Below the pieces are notes generated by a model. It saw only the letters and a list, made by a program, of their open reading frames with translations. It was not told the origin of the DNA and made no database searches. DNA of 64,000 nt from an uncultured Bdellovibrionales bacterium (GTDB taxonomy: Bacteria > Bdellovibrionota > Bdellovibrionia > Bdellovibrionales > SG-bin7), in contig CAZCFY010000002.1 in NCBI GenBank assembly GCA_964498095.1, positions 74,298-138,297 of the forward strand, in the 5' to 3' direction. Position 1 is the first letter of the stretch; the number at the start of each line of letters is the position of its first letter. The position numbers were made by a program, and so were the translations under genes. Shown in pieces: positions 37,422-45,243 of the stretch.

Positions 37422-39105
37422 ATTGCGTCGCACCTTAGGTTTTATTGGTTTATTCCTGTTACTTAGTTTGAGTTTCCATAACTGTATTTCGGGTTCGTCT
37501 GCGGATTCGAGCGCGGGGACGGGAAGTAATGGTGGTAATGTTATTCCCGCGTGTACTTACTCAAGCAATCCTGCACCCGTTCTCCAAGGAATTTTTACCG
37601 ACAGTGCTTTGACTAATTCCGTTTCGTCGATTTCTTACCGCGTAGGCATGGGAAATGATGCCGGCAATGAGGCTACTCGCACATTGTATTTGCGTGCCAA
37701 CTCCGGCGATAATTATAGCAGTGTAATATCTGTGAACTGTAATGGTGGTACTGGAATTGCCGCTAACTGCGATATTAATAATGGTAATCTCCGTGTGCGG
37801 ATTAATCCCGATCAAGGCGCTGAGTGTTTATCGGGCTCCACCGCAATACAAATCAATGTGAGTGATTTGGTAAATGCTCCAGGTTGTCAAAACCTTGCAG
37901 CGCAGTCGAACTCCTTAACTTTGAATGTGAATCTTACCAATGGTTGTCTGCCGACAATTCGATTAAATCCTCCCAATCAATATTCCTTTGGACAAATGGG
38001 GGCAAGTGTCGCCATCGACGGCAATTGGGCTGTTGCCGCAACTCCGGGTGATGAGCTTTCTGGGGTTGATGCCGGAGCTGCACATGTTTTTCAGCGCAAT
38101 GTAAATCAATGGACTAATTTTCAAAGAATCGTTCCAAATAGCATTGCTGCCGGCGCTTCGCTGGGCGCGGTTGCAATTTCTGGGACGACAATGGTCTTGG
38201 GCGCAAACTTATATGCCAATGGCACAGGCCGGGCCTGGGTTTACCAGTTTAGCGGAACTTCATGGGTGTTGGCCGCAGAACTTAATGCTCCCACACCGAT
38301 TGTCGGCGAAAAATTTGGTACTTCTGTAGCAATTTCAAATGGGGTTATTGCCGTCGGCGCACCCAGAAACTCTGCTATGGGGTCACAGTCCGGCGCGGTC
38401 TATTTATTTTCAGGATCTAATTTTGCTTCCGTGCAGACTGTTTATCCTTATATTGATGGCAATATCGCCGGTGATACTCTTGTTCAGGGCGAGTTTGGTA
38501 CGAGCGTCTCGTTGAATGGAACTTCATTAGTTGTGGGTGCGCCATTTCCTAATTCCTCTATTACACGCAGTGAAGCCGTCTACTTATTTAGACAAAATGG
38601 AAACTTTGCCGCCGCCCAAAAGATTTCCAATAGTGATGGCGGCAGTACAAAGAGATTTGGGGCAGCGATTCTTCAAAGTGGTAACTCTTTAATTATTGGC
38701 GCGCCATTTTACTCTTCTAATATGAATAGTGAAGTCGGCCGAGCCTATGTTTATTCGCGCGCGGACACGGCCGCAAACTTTAGTTTTACCCGCCAATTAA
38801 ATCCCGGCGATCCCGGTGTAAAAGATCACTTTGGACAATCCGTTTTCTTGAGTGGAAATTATTTTTATGTCGGCGCCCCCGATAAAACTTTCGATCAACT
38901 TGCCAAGGTTGGAGCCGTTTATATTTTCAATAGTGATGGGTCACAAAATTTCAAAGTGCGCTCCCGCCGCGCCGACCGCGAAAATGACTCCTTTGGCGTT
39001 TCGATTGGTGTTTCTAATGGGTGGATGATTTCCGGCGCCTTTAATGACGAAAGCGACGTCAATTACCTGGATGCTGGCTCCGTATATATGGTGGATGTGC
39101 CGTGA
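37414..39105 (+). CDS. operon gene B: lipoprotein with a Cys-containing N-terminal region and a 7-repeat FG-GAP-like beta-propeller
   Basis: ATG 37414 overlaps the gene A stop by 8 nt. Signal ending SFHNC. Seven repeats of the pattern FG.SV...G....VGAP......G.VY.F (e.g. EKFGTSVAISNGVIAVGAP...GAVYLF). Confidence 0.65.
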   Translation: MTKLRRTLGFIGLFLLLSLSFHNCISGSSADSSAGTGSNGGNVIPACTYSSNPAPVLQGIFTDSALTNSVSSISYRVGMGNDAGNEATRTLYLRANSGDNYSSVISVNCNGGTGIAANCDINNGNLRVRINPDQGAECLSGSTAIQINVSDLVNAPGCQNLAAQSNSLTLNVNLTNGCLPTIRLNPPNQYSFGQMGASVAIDGNWAVAATPGDELSGVDAGAAHVFQRNVNQWTNFQRIVPNSIAAGASLGAVAISGTTMVLGANLYANGTGRAWVYQFSGTSWVLAAELNAPTPIVGEKFGTSVAISNGVIAVGAPRNSAMGSQSGAVYLFSGSNFASVQTVYPYIDGNIAGDTLVQGEFGTSVSLNGTSLVVGAPFPNSSITRSEAVYLFRQNGNFAAAQKISNSDGGSTKRFGAAILQSGNSLIIGAPFYSSNMNSEVGRAYVYSRADTAANFSFTRQLNPGDPGVKDHFGQSVFLSGNYFYVGAPDKTFDQLAKVGAVYIFNSDGSQNFKVRSRRADRENDSFGVSIGVSNGWMISGAFNDESDVNYLDAGSVYMVDVP

Positions 39106-41417
39106 GAAATTTACTTTTTATATTGTTGATTCTTGTAACCACACCCGCTTTAGCGCTGGATATTTTTGGGCGTGATGCCGCCAGTGGCGGGCAGGGCTCA
39201 CGTAATGGTCTAGTGGCACTTTACAATTTTAAAGGTACGCGCGCTAATGGTGCCGTTGTTCCCGCAAATATAGTCGCCGACGAATCCGGCGTAGGAACAC
39301 CACTGGACCTCACCATCACTGACCTTACGCGCGCCACGCGTACTTGTGCAGAGTTTGTATTTGATCCGGTTTCAAATCAGCTACAAACGGTTTGTAGTAT
39401 TGATTTCTTAGCTGAGGGTGCCGTTGCGAAAAGTTTATCCGACGCCACAAAAATTACTTCCCAATGCCAATCGACAAACGAAATGCAGGTTGAAGTTTGG
39501 TTGAAAAATGACCGGGATGATGATCCACGTATCCGCAATATGATGGTGCCTCTTAAAATCGTTACGATGAGCTCGCCTACCGGTAGCAGCGAAACAATCA
39601 ATGGAAGCACTACATATCGCGGCGGATCCAATGACGCCAATTTCTTTTTAGGTTATAACTATAATGATGCCGCTCAATATTTAGCGTCAGTGAGATCTGG
39701 TCCCCGCCAAACGCGTGCAGCTACGATGAATGATGGCTTGGTAGAGTTTAACCGTTATCGCGTGGAAAATGGCCATACCGTAGCAACCTCCGGCGATAAC
39801 GCTGATTTAAAAATTTTGGAAAAAGAGAAATTCCAGCATGTGATCTTTAACCGTAATTCGCGGGGGGAAGTTCGTCTTTACGTAAGTTCAGCCAGTTTAA
39901 CGGCACAGGGTACGGTTCCTGTTTTACGTCAACAAGTGGCGGGAGCCGCCAACGCTAATTTTTCGGGTTGGGGAAGTAATCTTGTTTTGTCTCTCGGTAA
40001 CGAGCCTACTTTTAGCGATGCCACCGCGCCGCGTATTTCTAATAATAGCGCAAACCGCACGGAAAGCCGTAATTGGCGCGGTCAAATTTATATGCTCGCG
40101 GTTTACTGCCGGGCCCATAGTGACCAAGATATTTTGGGTGCCGCGGCGCCGAGTGCTAACTTTTTATCGATTCCACCAAATCCGAATGTGACTCTTACAC
40201 CGCTACACACGCAAGCGGCGCAACTCTACACTCGTATTACTGGCGTAAAAATTCCCGCAACGGCGCCAATTATTTCTGGCATAAATGATGCCCGCGTTCC
40301 GCAGCAAACAGTCACACGTGGAATGGTTCAATATCTTCAAGATGGCCAACCTTTGCAGGCGGCACTATTGGCGACCCAGGAAGACAGCTTTTATAATACA
40401 ACCGTAAGAGATTTTGCAAAACGAATGTCGACACGCGATGAGACAGTTAATACTCCACTTAATGATCTTGTCGCTACCGTTATCGGAGTTGCGGCTAACG
40501 AAAAAGACGCCCGCCTTTTATTAACTGGAAATTTCTATTATATGGGAGATCCCGCGACCACGGCGTTACCCAATGATTTGCAGCGCGACCTTTTGACTTC
40601 TAACAACCACTACGAATCCATGGAAAGAGTAGGGTATAACTTGCGCCGGGTATTAAAACGCATGGATGGCCAAAAAGTATTTACAGGTACAACAATTGTT
40701 GATCATCCAGATCCCGCTGGTCTAATTACCTCACGGGCTTTTATGGCCGCTCACGCTGTGGCGGGAACAAATCGCCGGCTCGTAGAATTCGCATTCCGCG
40801 AATTTATGTGCATACCAATCGCGGGCTGGGCAGATTCCACGGGGCCAGATAATTATATTGGCCGCGACGTGGACCGCTTCCCTGGCGGCGATCATGCGAA
40901 ATTCTTAACGACCTGCCGAAGCTGTCACTCAAACATGGATGGCTTGCGGGGCGCCTTCGCTAAATTTAATTTTGCCGACAATTTCGTTAAATACGCACCG
41001 CTGATGCCCGTAGTAACCGACCCTGACGACGAAGGTGCCACTAACATGTGTCAAAACCCCACGGGAATCGCGTGTAAAATGAATCGCAATTTCGACACCT
41101 TTCCTGGAGGTTATGTCACGACTGATGACAGCTGGGTAAATAATGCCAATAGAAATTCAAATGGCGCTTATTTTGGTTGGGGTTCGACTCTAAGCGGGCG
41201 CGGCGTGCGGGCACTTGCAAGCACCATGGCGGCGACGAAATCTTTTTCTAGTTGCATGGCCAAGCGCGCCTTCCGTTCGGTTTGTAAACGCGAGGCCACA
41301 AGTTTTGATTCCGCGCTCATCGATCAAGTAAGTTTGGATTTTGTAAATGAACAATATAATTTAGAGAGATTATTTGCGCGTATTGCAATTTCGCGCGAGT
41401 GCATGGGGGATTTATGA
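39102..41417 (+). CDS. operon gene C: secreted LamG-like plus DUF1588/PSD-like protein with one CXXCH
   Basis: ATGA-type overlap with gene B. SPase-I signal PALA/LD. LamG-like end motif NWRGQIYMLAVYCRAHSDQDILG. C-terminal CRSCHSNMDGLRGAFAKFNF resembles the C..CH...DP.G motif of planctomycete DUF1588-type proteins (from memory, unverified). Confidence 0.55.
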   Translation: MRNLLFILLILVTTPALALDIFGRDAASGGQGSRNGLVALYNFKGTRANGAVVPANIVADESGVGTPLDLTITDLTRATRTCAEFVFDPVSNQLQTVCSIDFLAEGAVAKSLSDATKITSQCQSTNEMQVEVWLKNDRDDDPRIRNMMVPLKIVTMSSPTGSSETINGSTTYRGGSNDANFFLGYNYNDAAQYLASVRSGPRQTRAATMNDGLVEFNRYRVENGHTVATSGDNADLKILEKEKFQHVIFNRNSRGEVRLYVSSASLTAQGTVPVLRQQVAGAANANFSGWGSNLVLSLGNEPTFSDATAPRISNNSANRTESRNWRGQIYMLAVYCRAHSDQDILGAAAPSANFLSIPPNPNVTLTPLHTQAAQLYTRITGVKIPATAPIISGINDARVPQQTVTRGMVQYLQDGQPLQAALLATQEDSFYNTTVRDFAKRMSTRDETVNTPLNDLVATVIGVAANEKDARLLLTGNFYYMGDPATTALPNDLQRDLLTSNNHYESMERVGYNLRRVLKRMDGQKVFTGTTIVDHPDPAGLITSRAFMAAHAVAGTNRRLVEFAFREFMCIPIAGWADSTGPDNYIGRDVDRFPGGDHAKFLTTCRSCHSNMDGLRGAFAKFNFADNFVKYAPLMPVVTDPDDEGATNMCQNPTGIACKMNRNFDTFPGGYVTTDDSWVNNANRNSNGAYFGWGSTLSGRGVRALASTMAATKSFSSCMAKRAFRSVCKREATSFDSALIDQVSLDFVNEQYNLERLFARIAISRECMGDL

Positions 41418-42055
41418 AAAGAAAAATAATGAGCCTAACTTTTGTGGCGCTCATACTCGGGGCTATGGGCTCAGGAATATTTTTCTACCAAGGCTGTGGC
41501 AATGAAATGGCGTCAGGAAATTCAGCAACGATGTGTACCCCAGGAGCCGCCGGTGCACCTATCGACAAAAACTATGATGTTGTTCCGGGAGAGCAAACTG
41601 TATCGGTCGCTTACGGCCGCCCGCTTTTAGATTCCATGGTAGCGTGTACCGGAATAGGCCAACCAAGTACCCGCACGCTAAATGAATGGACAGCCCGCAA
41701 TCAGAGTTTATCTGAGTACGGGAGTCTAACGGAGGTTTCGGGCGCCATGATGATGGCTGTAGCCGCCGTTGCGGGAGAAGTTTGCCGCGATCTATTGGAT
41801 AAGGAAATTCCGCTGACAAACGGGTCACGCGGTATTTTTGCCAATGTTGATTTTGCAAAAGGCGGTAGCATGTCAGTTGCTGAAATTAATTCGGCGGCCG
41901 ATATGCTTGGAATTTCGTGTTGGCAGCGCTTGCCGACTTTAGATGAGAAATCAATGATCGAAACCGCAGTTAATCAGCTCAGCGCAAGTACAGAGCTGGG
42001 AGCTTTAAGTTTATGTACTTCCATGCTTGGCAGCTTAGCTGCCATTGCGCAATAG
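41414..42055 (+). CDS. operon gene D: small lipoprotein (possible DUF1595-like fragment)
   Basis: ATG 41414 overlaps the gene C stop (ATGA). Signal ending FFYQGC. No confident family. Confidence 0.5.
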   Translation: MKRKIMSLTFVALILGAMGSGIFFYQGCGNEMASGNSATMCTPGAAGAPIDKNYDVVPGEQTVSVAYGRPLLDSMVACTGIGQPSTRTLNEWTARNQSLSEYGSLTEVSGAMMMAVAAVAGEVCRDLLDKEIPLTNGSRGIFANVDFAKGGSMSVAEINSAADMLGISCWQRLPTLDEKSMIETAVNQLSASTELGALSLCTSMLGSLAAIAQ

Positions 42056-42068
42056 GATCGGGGATGAT

Positions 42069-43556
42069 ATGAAACTTTTTGGAAAATATAAATCTATTCG
42101 CGAGATGCTAGAAAAAGAAGACTCTAAGGAGCTTGCCAAGCGCTTTCCCCATGGCAAGCCCATTACTCGCCGCGATCTCTTAAAAGCGGGTGCCCTGCAA
42201 TTTGCGGCGACCATGACGGCGCCGACTTTATTTGAAATCTTGCTTAACGCCGAAGTGGCCAGGGCCCAGGCGTGTCTACAGGCGCCAACGTTTGTGGGAC
42301 TAAAATTAAACGGTGGGGCGGCGATGCTTGGCAATTTTGTGGCTATGGCGCAAAATCGCGACTACTTATCCACTTACGAGCAATTAGGACTCGGTACGCG
42401 TACGCAAATTTCGGCGCGGGTAACGAATGCGTTTGGAGAAGCTAAGTTTTTTGACGGCTCCCAATTTTTGGCGGGAATTCAGACTACGGCAGCGGCGACA
42501 ACTTTAGCGAGTACTTCATTTGTTGGAATTCCCGTTGCAAGTAATGATGACACCGACCAAAACCCTTTTGACGTTACTTATTTTATAAGTAAGTTTGGCG
42601 TCGTCGGAAATATTTTGCCAAATCTAGGGCGCCGGCAATCATTAACTGGAATTGCGCAACAACCCGCCTTAGCAAAAACGCCGCCGACACCCTTAAGTGT
42701 TGGCAGTCTCGCAGATATCTCCAATGCGCTTTCGGTCCAGGGCAGTCTTGCGGTTTTAAGTGACGCTCAAAAAGTAAGTGTATTTAACGCCATAAATAAA
42801 CTTAGCGAGTCCCAAGCGAGAACTCTCGCCAGCAATACGGGTGGGACGGTTTTACAACAATTGGTAAATCAGGCGACATCACAAAATATGAGTCTGGTTT
42901 CGAGTTCCACAAATGGTATTGATCCGTTGCAGGACACAGCGGTGAGCGCGCGTTTTAATACTATCTGGGCTAATGCTAATAATCAAAATATGCAAAATCA
43001 AAATGCGGGTGCCATGGAAAGAGTTTTTGGCACCATGGTTTACAACACCTTAAGAGGAAATGCCGGAACCTGCAATATGGATATGGGTGGTTATGATTAT
43101 CACGGGCAAGGACGGGCCACTCAAGACGCGCAGGATTTAGCGGCAGGACGCGTGATGGGACAAATTTTAGAATCGGCGGCAGCGATGCAAAGACCAGTCA
43201 TGCTAATGGTAACAAGTGACGGCGCGGTCGGAGCTCCCGCCGGTTCGGGCCCCGGTGCTGCTTTTACTTCGGACCGGGGACAGGGAGGATGCATATATTT
43301 ATTTGCATACCATCCGTTACGACGGCCGCCAGCTACGGACCGAAATGGCCGAGCTGATCATCAAGTTGGACAGTTAGCGGGACAAGCCGCGGTTGATACA
43401 ACTTTTTTAACGGGTAATGATCCCGCTCTGGCAGGACTTGCGGCTTTTGCGAATTTTGCCTCGTTTGCGGGAAATCTTGGCGCGTTCTTTTCGATTTCAG
43501 GAAATGTTTGGAATCAAGATCAAGTGGAACAAGTAGTACGTTTGAGGAAGGTATAA
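42069..43556 (+). CDS. operon gene E: Tat-signal protein, DUF1501/DUF1552-like (alkaline-phosphatase/sulfatase-superfamily-like)
   Basis: ATG 42069 with GGGGA upstream. Twin-arginine motif ITRRDLLKAGALQFAA followed by ARAQA. GGYDYHG resembles the GGWDTH motif I associate with DUF1501 (unverified). Confidence 0.55.
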   Translation: MKLFGKYKSIREMLEKEDSKELAKRFPHGKPITRRDLLKAGALQFAATMTAPTLFEILLNAEVARAQACLQAPTFVGLKLNGGAAMLGNFVAMAQNRDYLSTYEQLGLGTRTQISARVTNAFGEAKFFDGSQFLAGIQTTAAATTLASTSFVGIPVASNDDTDQNPFDVTYFISKFGVVGNILPNLGRRQSLTGIAQQPALAKTPPTPLSVGSLADISNALSVQGSLAVLSDAQKVSVFNAINKLSESQARTLASNTGGTVLQQLVNQATSQNMSLVSSSTNGIDPLQDTAVSARFNTIWANANNQNMQNQNAGAMERVFGTMVYNTLRGNAGTCNMDMGGYDYHGQGRATQDAQDLAAGRVMGQILESAAAMQRPVMLMVTSDGAVGAPAGSGPGAAFTSDRGQGGCIYLFAYHPLRRPPATDRNGRADHQVGQLAGQAAVDTTFLTGNDPALAGLAAFANFASFAGNLGAFFSISGNVWNQDQVEQVVRLRKV

Positions 43557-43564
43557 TTTATTAA

Positions 43565-45196
43565 ATGAAATTTATTTTAGGGCTGAGTTTTATTTTTATT
43601 TTGGTTGTGGGGTACAGTAATTGTTCTCCCGATCACGAATTAGGTTCGGCGTCGTCTACAGGTACTAATTATTGGAGCTGCGGCGATGCGCTCGATAATT
43701 TGTCACTATTTAGCCGAACCTATCAGCCATTTTTAATGAATAACTGTGCGGCTTGTCACTCTGGCGGTGGACCGGGACCTGGGGCATTTGCGTCGAGTGG
43801 AGTGCAGTTGGCTTACGATAGCTTTTCAGCTCTCGGATTTTCGCGCATTAATGCGCGCGCCTTAGACGGCCACAGTACCGGATCGGGGCCACAACATACT
43901 TCGTCTATTAATTCGATTACTTCTTACTATATTGAAGGAATAGATACTATTGAACGGTGCCAAGCGACGGGAACAGATCAATTGACGCAAGACCAAGACG
44001 ATCCCTCCCGCTGGCGTACGCGCAGTAAACCCATTAACCCGAATATTGATAGCCCGACAACAGTATCTTGGGATTTATCTTCGGAAATTATTCCAAATGG
44101 AAATTACAACGCTGCGGACTTTGCGGGCGTTACTCTTTCGGCGCGCGTGGAGATCTTTCAGCGCCCTGGCGTTTTTGCATATGTAATTTCTAATCCTACT
44201 CTATCGACGTCAAACTCCGACATTCGAATTGAGAGTTTGCTATTTAAAGTCAACGGTACGTCAAGCCCCGCACAACGGGCCTTTTATTTCGTGGACCGCG
44301 GCATCCGTATTGGTACCGAGCGAATTTCCGGTGGCGCCATGGTGATCTTGGGTGACGTGCGTACCACAGATGTACTGTCTGTTTCCATTGGTAAATTAGA
44401 GCGGGTAACGTTGCCGCCGCCCATTTTGGGACCCGAAGTAAGCTTTGGATTAGCAAGCCAAACAGTGAATGAAGACTATCAAATTGTGAATATCCCCGTG
44501 GTACTTTCTAAGCCGTGGGATGTTCCAACTTCGGCAGAAATTGTTTTTGGCACGGATACTACAATTAAAGATCAATGTTGCCGCACGACGATTAATGATA
44601 ATGGGCAAACAATAAATGTGAATCACTTCGACCGCGATATACAAGATTATGACATCGATCCTCTTTTGCCTATTAATAGCCGATTATTGTATGAGGCGGT
44701 AAATGTTCGCGGCCGCTATCTGGTTACCTTTGCCATTGGTGAAACCAGCAAAAACCTACGAATTAAAATTGTTCATGATGATCGTGATGAGCAAAATGAA
44801 GTTTTGCACTTACGAATTGATGCCGCGAAACTAAATGGTTTACGCGCGGCCAATACTTTGCAGGACTTCCGTCTAACAATTACCGATAACGACGAACCTT
44901 TTGCGGGAACGGCTTTATCTTATTCGGCACTTCTGAATAATGGTGGAATTTTGGCGAACGAATGTTTGCGTTGCCATAACTCGGTACTTAACCGTGGCGG
45001 CTACGACATAACCAATTACGAGCAGCTTGTGCGTAAAGCTATCTTAAGACCTGGAGACCCCACGAACAGCTTAATGTTTTTACGGATGGACGCAAATATT
45101 CCAGGCCTAGATCCAATGCCCTTAACGGGTTTGATCGACGCTTCTCAACGTTTTGACGTAAAACAATGGATCCTTCAGGGCGCACCTAACAACTAA
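43565..45196 (+). CDS. operon gene F: lipoprotein with an N-terminal CXXCH, a central Calx-beta-like domain and a C-terminal PSCyt1-like CXXCH module
   Basis: Signal ending GYSNC. CAACHSGGGPGPG. Calx-beta-like FAIGETSKNLRIKIVHDDRDEQNEVLHLRID...FRLTITDND. C-terminal CLRCHN...PGDPTNSLMFLRM...MP...WILQGA. Confidence 0.6.
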   Translation: MKFILGLSFIFILVVGYSNCSPDHELGSASSTGTNYWSCGDALDNLSLFSRTYQPFLMNNCAACHSGGGPGPGAFASSGVQLAYDSFSALGFSRINARALDGHSTGSGPQHTSSINSITSYYIEGIDTIERCQATGTDQLTQDQDDPSRWRTRSKPINPNIDSPTTVSWDLSSEIIPNGNYNAADFAGVTLSARVEIFQRPGVFAYVISNPTLSTSNSDIRIESLLFKVNGTSSPAQRAFYFVDRGIRIGTERISGGAMVILGDVRTTDVLSVSIGKLERVTLPPPILGPEVSFGLASQTVNEDYQIVNIPVVLSKPWDVPTSAEIVFGTDTTIKDQCCRTTINDNGQTINVNHFDRDIQDYDIDPLLPINSRLLYEAVNVRGRYLVTFAIGETSKNLRIKIVHDDRDEQNEVLHLRIDAAKLNGLRAANTLQDFRLTITDNDEPFAGTALSYSALLNNGGILANECLRCHNSVLNRGGYDITNYEQLVRKAILRPGDPTNSLMFLRMDANIPGLDPMPLTGLIDASQRFDVKQWILQGAPNN

Positions 45197-45203
45197 ATTG
45201 ACT

Positions 45204-45240
45204 GGCCTCCCCAATGGTAGGAAAATTTTAGGGGGAGACC
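45204..45240 (+). promoter_or_regulatory. candidate anti-Shine-Dalgarno hairpin upstream of operon gene G
   Basis: ggcctcccc (45204-45212) can pair with ggggagacc (45232-45240) at 8 of 9 positions with a 19-nt loop. The right arm contains the GGGGGAG Shine-Dalgarno of the TTG start at 45244. Confidence 0.3.
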
Positions 45241-45243
45241 GGC

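Noticed and set aside
42035-42334. 99-aa minus-strand ORF across the gene D / gene E junction
   Set aside because: It is antisense to two well-supported, signal-peptide-bearing operon genes. It has no ribosome-binding site and an Ala/Ser/Pro-rich shadow composition.
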